Of a DNA stretch of 41,811 nucleotides, positions 36,530 to 41,811 are shown piece by piece (positions within the stretch are counted from its first letter, which is position 1; each line of letters starts with the position of its first letter). Source of the stretch: Chitinophagales bacterium (GTDB lineage Bacteria; Bacteroidota; Bacteroidia; Chitinophagales; BACL12); the NCBI GenBank assembly GCA_038223395.1, contig JBBRGZ010000002.1:1-41811 (forward strand), read 5' to 3'. A program made the translations under genes and the position numbers. Under the pieces are notes generated by a model that searched no databases, was not told the DNA's origin, and saw only the letters and a program-made list of their open reading frames with translations.

Positions 36530-37840
36530 ATGAAAAAGAATATTAAATTACACACTCTACACTCTACTATTAAAAAAATAGTATTGAGCTTTATTTTATT
36601 TATTAGTTTGCATTTTGCTAATGCCGTTGTACCAACAGCACAACAACAATTATACATTACCTTTGGTGGAGGAATGGTTCAAGACCTTTCTCCTAATGGT
36701 TTTCCCATAGGTATTGTTGGAGCGCCTGCATTAACAACGGTTGATAGATTTGGACCTACAGGTTGTGCCATGAGTTTTACTCCGGGTGATAAATTAACTA
36801 TCGCAAATAATTGGGTTTTTGACATGACACCTGGGCATGAACAATATTCTATTAGTTTATGGTATAATGGGTATTCGGCTGCGCCTAACGATTTGGAATT
36901 CCTATTTAATAAAACAAATCCAATGTTCGGTCTTACGGTACAATCTGATTATAATGTTTGCATTTATTCGGGAAATAGACCTCATCAGGGGACTGATGAA
37001 GTACCGGTAAGGGACCAGCTTATTCAGCCTAGCGCAGGCGCCTGGCACCATTTAGTGGCAATGTACCAAGCCGGAGGACCATTAGGGGGTAGATGGACGC
37101 TATATATTGATAATATTGCATCCTACGTTAATTTTCCAGCAGTAGCAATTGCAAATTCAACGGGAGGGATTGAAATTGGTGGAAATTATACAGGCAGTAT
37201 TGATGACATTGTTTTTTATGATAGATTATTATCCCCAGCAGAAAGAAGTCAATTATTTAATGATAATAATTCTTGCGCCGCTACTGCATGTGGTTGCCCT
37301 GTTCCTGCCGGTTTAAGTATAGCAAGTTGCACAACTCCGGGAACTTCTATTTTATCTTGGACAGGAAATGCATGTGCATCAAGTTATCAGGTTTTGGTGC
37401 AAGATCAAACTATTATGGGAAGTCCATGGATTCAGTACCCAGTTATTTCAAATTCAATATCTATTTCTACTACCACTGCAAATGGATATATTTTCAAAGT
37501 ACGTTCAAGATGTCCAAGCGGAGCAGGTTTCACTAATTCAGCATGGTCATCAATATCCAGTTTTACAGGTTGTAGGCTTGAGGGTGAAGAACAACTTGAT
37601 GAGTCCGCTACCTCTTTTCAAATTTATCCGAACCCGGCAACAAATCAATTGACAATAAAATCAATTACCAAAAACGTAACCATTACAATTTTTGATATAA
37701 CCGGAAAAATTGTCATAACTGATTATAATGCAGATTATGGAATGGATCTCGCAATAGCAGAATTACAAAATGGAATTTATTTCATAAAAATGGAAAGTGA
37801 TGGGCACAGTGAAACGAAAACATTTGTGAAAAATCAATAA
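36530..37840 (+). CDS. Secreted LamG-like plus Fn3-like protein with T9SS CTD; paralog of 27926..29230
   Basis: Colinear with the 27926 protein (VVPTAQQQLYITFGGGMVQDLSPNGFP..., WHHLVAMY, IDDIVFYDRLLS, CGCPVPAGL...WTGNACASSYQV). C-terminus QIYPNPATNQLTI...NGIYFIKMESD. Confidence 0.85.
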   Translation: MKKNIKLHTLHSTIKKIVLSFILFISLHFANAVVPTAQQQLYITFGGGMVQDLSPNGFPIGIVGAPALTTVDRFGPTGCAMSFTPGDKLTIANNWVFDMTPGHEQYSISLWYNGYSAAPNDLEFLFNKTNPMFGLTVQSDYNVCIYSGNRPHQGTDEVPVRDQLIQPSAGAWHHLVAMYQAGGPLGGRWTLYIDNIASYVNFPAVAIANSTGGIEIGGNYTGSIDDIVFYDRLLSPAERSQLFNDNNSCAATACGCPVPAGLSIASCTTPGTSILSWTGNACASSYQVLVQDQTIMGSPWIQYPVISNSISISTTTANGYIFKVRSRCPSGAGFTNSAWSSISSFTGCRLEGEEQLDESATSFQIYPNPATNQLTIKSITKNVTITIFDITGKIVITDYNADYGMDLAIAELQNGIYFIKMESDGHSETKTFVKNQ

Positions 37841-37953
37841 ACCGGATATATGGCATAATTGGAGTCTGCTTGGTTGGAATATCCATAAATAATTTTTATT
37901 CTAGAAATTCCTTCAAATCCGCTTAAAACAATCAAAACTATCCCCTTGAGCAA

Positions 37954-37989
37954 TAAAAAACCCTGTAAACGCAATGTTTACAGGGTTTT
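37954..37989. terminator. Bidirectional hairpin terminator between the 36530 gene and tRNA-Phe
   Basis: Stem ccctgtaaac / gtttacaggg with a 5-nt loop, an A6 run on one side and a T4 run on the other. Confidence 0.75.
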
Positions 37990-38001
37990 GCTTTTAATCT
38001 G

Positions 38002-38074
38002 TGGTGTGGGGCGGGATCGAACCGTCGACACAAGGATTTTCAGTCCTTTGCTCTACCAACTGAGCTACCGCACC
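38002..38074 (-). tRNA. tRNA-Phe(GAA): tRNA-Phe (anticodon GAA), 73 nt, CCA not encoded
   Basis: Minus-strand sequence GGTGCGG TA GCTC AGTTGGTA GAGC A AAGGA CTGAAAA TCCTT GTGTC GACGG TTCGATC CCGCC CCACACC A. This is a canonical cloverleaf except for two A/C mismatches (5:68 and 50:64). Confidence 0.85.
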
Positions 38075-38129
38075 GTTTATTCTGCTCATTTAACCTCTTC
38101 ACCTTCCAGCCCAATTTATTTTGGCTGGA

Positions 38130-38185
38130 CAAGGATTTTCTCCCGATAGCTATCGGGATTGCTCTACCAACTGATCTACCGCACC
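38130..38185 (-). pseudogene. Decayed tRNA-Phe 5' two-thirds copy, upstream of and co-oriented with the intact tRNA
   Basis: Minus-strand sequence GGTGCGGTAGATCAGTTGGTAGAGCA + TCCCGATAGCTATCGGGA (perfect 18-nt palindrome replacing the 5' anticodon stem) + GAAAATCCTTGT. There is no T arm or 3' acceptor strand. Confidence 0.7.
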
Positions 38186-38201
38186 GTTTTTTCTTGAGAT
38201 G

Positions 38202-38209
38202 CAAAGATA
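38202..38209 (-). promoter_or_regulatory. Candidate -7 box TATCTTTG driving the pseudo-tRNA / tRNA-Phe transcript
   Basis: Plus-strand caaagata lies 16 nt upstream of the 5' end of the pseudo-tRNA. I see no comparable box directly upstream of the intact tRNA. Confidence 0.4.
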
Positions 38210-38221
38210 TATTTATCCCCT

Positions 38222-40519
38222 TTAATTTCCAATTAGAAAGTTATTTACAATGAATTTTTTAGGGGAAACTACTGCATAATAGACATTATAAGCGGTGTGT
38301 CGCACCAAAAGTTCGTCAAAATTAACCGGAGAATCGGCGCTGCAGCTCAAGCGCAACGCTCTAATATCGGGCGTAATCTCAAAGTTTTCAGTTGCTCTTA
38401 CCCAGCCGTTTACAACATCAGTGGAGAGCGTTGGGGCAATGGAGCCTATTTTTATAATTTGCCCGTCAGAGCCTATAAAATCGACATCTATGTATGGATA
38501 GGCAACAGTACTGATGTCGGATTTTGCCCAAAAGGAGATTTCTATCCAAATGGGTTCTTTTGTCTCTATTGGAATATTTGCTATTGGCTTCTTTTCGTAA
38601 TGTGACAAAAAAGTACCGGAACCGAGAAAAGCATCGTTTGTTTTAGTGTTTTCAAAGCTGTTTCTGTAAAAAATTGCGAGAGGTTTTTCAGAGTAGTACG
38701 TGCCGCTTGGCGAAGTAAATTCTTGAAGCGAATCTTGAACATTTGCATAATCATAAATTGCAATTGCATCACCTTTTTCTTTTAGCACTTTTGTGTCTAA
38801 AGCGTAAAAAGTATAATCACCTTTTTGCCCAAATTTTGTGGCGTGTTCTGTTAAAAATTGTTCGCCGGGAGTTAATTTCTTATTTATTGAAACTAATAAT
38901 AATTGTTTAGCCGAAAAAACTCCGGTCTCGCTTGCATTAAAAATGTTTGGGTTAGAAACGATTTGTACATTATTTAATGTTTGGCTAAATGACGTGCGAC
39001 TCATCATATAATTTACCAAAGGCAAACCTGTTTGATAAGAAATTTCCATTGCATGTTGAAATGCACCATCTGTTCTATCAATATATAATTTTTCTGAACC
39101 CTGAAAAAATGAAGGAACAAAAACGATGGCTTCAAAATCATTTGCAGAATAATTTGTACCGCTAAAAATGTCGGCAAACTCAGGATGATCTTGTGCAAAG
39201 GGGTTTTCGGCATTATTTTTTTGCATTTTATTTGCCGTATTTACAAAATATCCATAGGTATCGCTTATTTGTAAAACCAAGGGCACAAAAAGAAAAATAT
39301 AAGCAACAATTGGATTGCGTTTTTTTATTTTTTTATACAACAAATATATCAGTACCGAAATACTAATGGTATACACATAATAAAATCCCCAAGCAAATCT
39401 TCCGGGCGAACGGAATTGTTTTAACGGCGTAATAATATCAAGTAAAAATTCCAAATTCCACGAAAAGGGATAGGTCATAGAAAAGAATAATAGCAGTATA
39501 GAAGATATAAGCCAAGTACTTAAATCACCTGGAAAGTTGATGCGCGATCGCAAAAAAGATTTTTTAAATGCCAGTCGCTTGATATAAATAAATGGAATTA
39601 CAAATAAAAACAACAAACCTGTAATGCCAACATAAGCATATCCTTCAGGATTAGCCGGCAATAAATGTAAATATTTTGAAACCTGATGTTTAATAGTTCC
39701 ATCCATTGGTAAAAACACAGATTGAAAAGATGCTTTATACAGAAAAAAGCCGAAAGGGCTTTCCGGCCGGTCGCTCACCGAATCGGTAAAATGCATAAAT
39801 CCGGTTATTATAATGAGTGGTGAAATTGCTGCAACTACTTGCAACAAAATATGCTTAAAGTTTCTTCCTTTTTTAAATACTAAAACAAAAGCATGAAATA
39901 AGATAAACATCGCTCCAATCAGCACATAATAAATATGAATAAATCCAAAAAATGTTATTACAACAATTAATAATAACAATCTTTTCCAAGCATAGTGATA
40001 TTTACTTAGCAATATCATTAAATACCAAACCAGCGGAACAAATAAGGAGTAGCCCAATGCAAAATGCCCCCAAAATCTATCAATTTGCGGATTCATTAAG
40101 CCGATTAGAATGGAAACTACAACTGCAAAAAATGGTGGAACGGCGTAATGCACCAAAATTTTATAAATAAAAAACACACAAAAAAATAAACCTACAAATA
40201 ATAATAAGTTGATTATTCCTACTGTGTATCCAGAAATTGCAAACAAATTATTATCAATAAAATTCATCGCCCACGAAATAACAGGTTGATTGTCGGTAAA
40301 TACAACATGCTCTCCGTAGGGATAATTCATGCCGGTAAAATGGGTTCCTTTATCGTGCGCTACAAACCAGGTTGGTGTATAATAATTTTTAAATGCATCG
40401 CCGCCTGTATTGAGCAAATATGCATTGGGATGAAAAATAATTTTGCTCCACACGGCACAAATGATAACAATGGTTAATACAGAAAGTATAACCACCGGGC
40501 GCTGCAAAAATTTTTTCAT
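38222..40519 (-). CDS. Large polytopic membrane protein with a C-terminal extracytoplasmic domain (GT-C/YfhO-like putative glycosyltransferase)
   Basis: 765 aa. About 12 TM helices in the first ~440 aa, followed by a soluble domain. It lies directly downstream of two GT2 genes. The family call is tentative. Confidence 0.5.
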   Translation of the reverse strand: MKKFLQRPVVILSVLTIVIICAVWSKIIFHPNAYLLNTGGDAFKNYYTPTWFVAHDKGTHFTGMNYPYGEHVVFTDNQPVISWAMNFIDNNLFAISGYTVGIINLLLFVGLFFCVFFIYKILVHYAVPPFFAVVVSILIGLMNPQIDRFWGHFALGYSLFVPLVWYLMILLSKYHYAWKRLLLLIVVITFFGFIHIYYVLIGAMFILFHAFVLVFKKGRNFKHILLQVVAAISPLIIITGFMHFTDSVSDRPESPFGFFLYKASFQSVFLPMDGTIKHQVSKYLHLLPANPEGYAYVGITGLLFLFVIPFIYIKRLAFKKSFLRSRINFPGDLSTWLISSILLLFFSMTYPFSWNLEFLLDIITPLKQFRSPGRFAWGFYYVYTISISVLIYLLYKKIKKRNPIVAYIFLFVPLVLQISDTYGYFVNTANKMQKNNAENPFAQDHPEFADIFSGTNYSANDFEAIVFVPSFFQGSEKLYIDRTDGAFQHAMEISYQTGLPLVNYMMSRTSFSQTLNNVQIVSNPNIFNASETGVFSAKQLLLVSINKKLTPGEQFLTEHATKFGQKGDYTFYALDTKVLKEKGDAIAIYDYANVQDSLQEFTSPSGTYYSEKPLAIFYRNSFENTKTNDAFLGSGTFLSHYEKKPIANIPIETKEPIWIEISFWAKSDISTVAYPYIDVDFIGSDGQIIKIGSIAPTLSTDVVNGWVRATENFEITPDIRALRLSCSADSPVNFDELLVRHTAYNVYYAVVSPKKFIVNNFLIGN

Positions 40520-40528
40520 GCAGTAAAA

Positions 40529-41245
40529 TTAAAGGCTTTTAAAGAATATTTTAAGAAAGTTAAATCCCTCCCCCAATAATATGCCCAAACGCATGCTGCT
40601 GAATTGAATATTTTCTTTTAATTCGATATCAATTGCTTCCATGCGCAGCTCTTTCTTTTTAGAAGCAAGGAAAATAAATTCCAAATCAAATAAATATCTA
40701 TTGATTGTAGTTTGAAGAAATAATTGTTTCCCTGCAGTATTAAATCCCTTTAATCCGCATTGTGTATCTGCAATTTTTAAACGCAATATTTTTGCACTTC
40801 CCCAACGCAACATTTTCGAAATTGCCCTCCGAACCGCAGGTACATGTTTGTAATAATTTGCATCCTTTATACCGATAGCAATATCCGCAGTACCCATTTT
40901 TAATGGCTGCCAAATTTTTAATAAACTGTTTTGTTTATAGGGAAAATCAATATCAGTATAAATACAAAACTCTGCTTGCGATATTTTTATACCTGCGCGC
41001 AATGCATGCCCTTTGCCCTTATTTTCGGGATATGAAATATAAATACAATGCGAAATGTTCTTTTTTATTGCATTAATTTGTGACTCAGAAATGCCATGTG
41101 CAGAACCATCATTAATGAAAATTAATCCTAAAGATGTATCACTTAACACATTTTGAATTGCATTAAAGGATTGAATAACATTTTCTGCCCAAGCCGCAGA
41201 TGGATTATAACAGGGTAAAATAATATCGAGTGTAGTGTTGTTCAA
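40529..41245 (-). CDS. Glycosyltransferase family 2
   Basis: LDIILPCYNP..., INDGS, TDIDFPY (a DxD-like motif), 238 aa. Confidence 0.8.
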   Translation of the reverse strand: MNNTTLDIILPCYNPSAAWAENVIQSFNAIQNVLSDTSLGLIFINDGSAHGISESQINAIKKNISHCIYISYPENKGKGHALRAGIKISQAEFCIYTDIDFPYKQNSLLKIWQPLKMGTADIAIGIKDANYYKHVPAVRRAISKMLRWGSAKILRLKIADTQCGLKGFNTAGKQLFLQTTINRYLFDLEFIFLASKKKELRMEAIDIELKENIQFSSMRLGILLGEGFNFLKIFFKSL

Positions 41246-41248
41246 ATA

Positions 41249-41811
41249 TTATTTAAAGAGTCCGTAGCGCACTATACAATATAAAGCGCGCACGCCATCT
41301 TTCCAATTTATTTTTTTTCCTTCCGCATATGTTCTTCCATAATAAGAAATGCCTACTTCATAAATGCGGATATGTTTAATTTTTGCAAGTTTTTGCGTCA
41401 ATTCAGGTTCAAAGCCAAAACGATTTTCTTTGAGGGTTATTGATTTCAAAATGTCGGTGCGCACTAATTTATAACAGGTTTCCATATCTGTTAAATTCAA
41501 ATTGCTAAACATATTAGAAAAGCGTGTTAAAAATCTGTTGCCTATCGAATGCCAAAAAAATAAAATGCGATGTGCATTCCCGCCGCTAAAACGCGAACCA
41601 TAAACAACATCAGCATCGCGCTCTAAAACAGGTCTTAATAAAATGGAAAACTCGGTAGGGTCATACTCTAAATCGGCATCTTGTACTATTGTAAATTCGC
41701 CGCTTGCATTTTGAATTCCTGTGTGGAGTGCAGCGCCTTTCCCTTTATTTTTTTCGTGATGAAATGCACGAATATTTACCTGAGGATGTGCATCTATAAA
41801 CTGCTGCAACT
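41249..41811 (-). CDS. Glycosyltransferase family 2 (polyprenol-phosphate sugar synthase-like), 5' end beyond the window
   Basis: [12 protein letters not shown] and DVVYGSRF motifs, as in DPM1/GtrB/ArnC-like GT2 enzymes. The usual N-terminal nucleotide-binding segment is missing because the ORF runs off the window edge. Confidence 0.75.
   Translation of the reverse strand, partial: LQQFIDAHPQVNIRAFHHEKNKGKGAALHTGIQNASGEFTIVQDADLEYDPTEFSILLRPVLERDADVVYGSRFSGGNAHRILFFWHSIGNRFLTRFSNMFSNLNLTDMETCYKLVRTDILKSITLKENRFGFEPELTQKLAKIKHIRIYEVGISYYGRTYAEGKKINWKDGVRALYCIVRYGLFK

Noticed and set aside
37946-38149. A 67-aa plus-strand ORF.
   Set aside because: It is the antisense of tRNA-Phe and its leader, and so is not a protein-coding gene.
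38130-38185. The tRNA half-copy could be an att site of an integrative element.
   Set aside because: Integrases normally duplicate the 3' part of a tRNA. This is the 5' part, on the side away from the accessory block, and there is no integrase in the window.
38295-40477. Plus-strand and out-of-frame minus-strand ORFs inside the large membrane-protein gene (38295-38501, 38297-38605, 38581-38772, 39013-39213, 39952-40170, 40286-40477).
   Set aside because: They are shadow ORFs within a continuous 765-aa polytopic membrane protein.

Overview
This is a low-GC window that looks like Bacteroidota. At least five proteins end in a T9SS (Por) type A C-terminal sorting domain, and several genes sit behind TAnnTTTG -7 boxes. 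Housekeeping genes flank the window on both sides. On the left are a saccharopine-dehydrogenase-like gene, a TMEM175-like channel, TerC, galE, rfbA, cyanophycinase, ctaA, and an ATP-dependent DNA ligase with its ligase-associated exonuclease. On the right are tRNA-Phe and a glycosylation module of one GT-C-like and two GT2 genes. Between them, at about 18.1-38 kb, lies an accessory region containing: (1) a hipBA toxin-antitoxin pair; (2) two convergent orphan RHS-core toxin cassettes with immunity genes, bounded by a 163-bp inverted repeat; (3) a YadA-like, S74-chaperone fibre protein with a T9SS CTD; (4) a 970-bp gene desert holding decayed remnants of a two-component system; and (5) an intact LytTR response regulator / LytS-type kinase operon next to several T9SS cargo genes. 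The observations I rate highest are these. Three LytTR-type direct-repeat boxes (9 bp, 12-bp spacer, 9 bp) lie upstream of the regulator operon and two cargo transcription units. The two RHS toxin tips resemble a PLA2 domain and a phosphodiester-glycosidase domain. An Avd-like four-helix-bundle gene is embedded between mirror-image arrays of ~115-bp repeats, between galE and rfbA. tRNA-Phe is preceded by a decayed 5'-half copy carrying a perfect 18-nt palindrome. I saw no CRISPR array, rRNA, integrase or transposase. All family assignments come from motif recognition by eye and need database confirmation.
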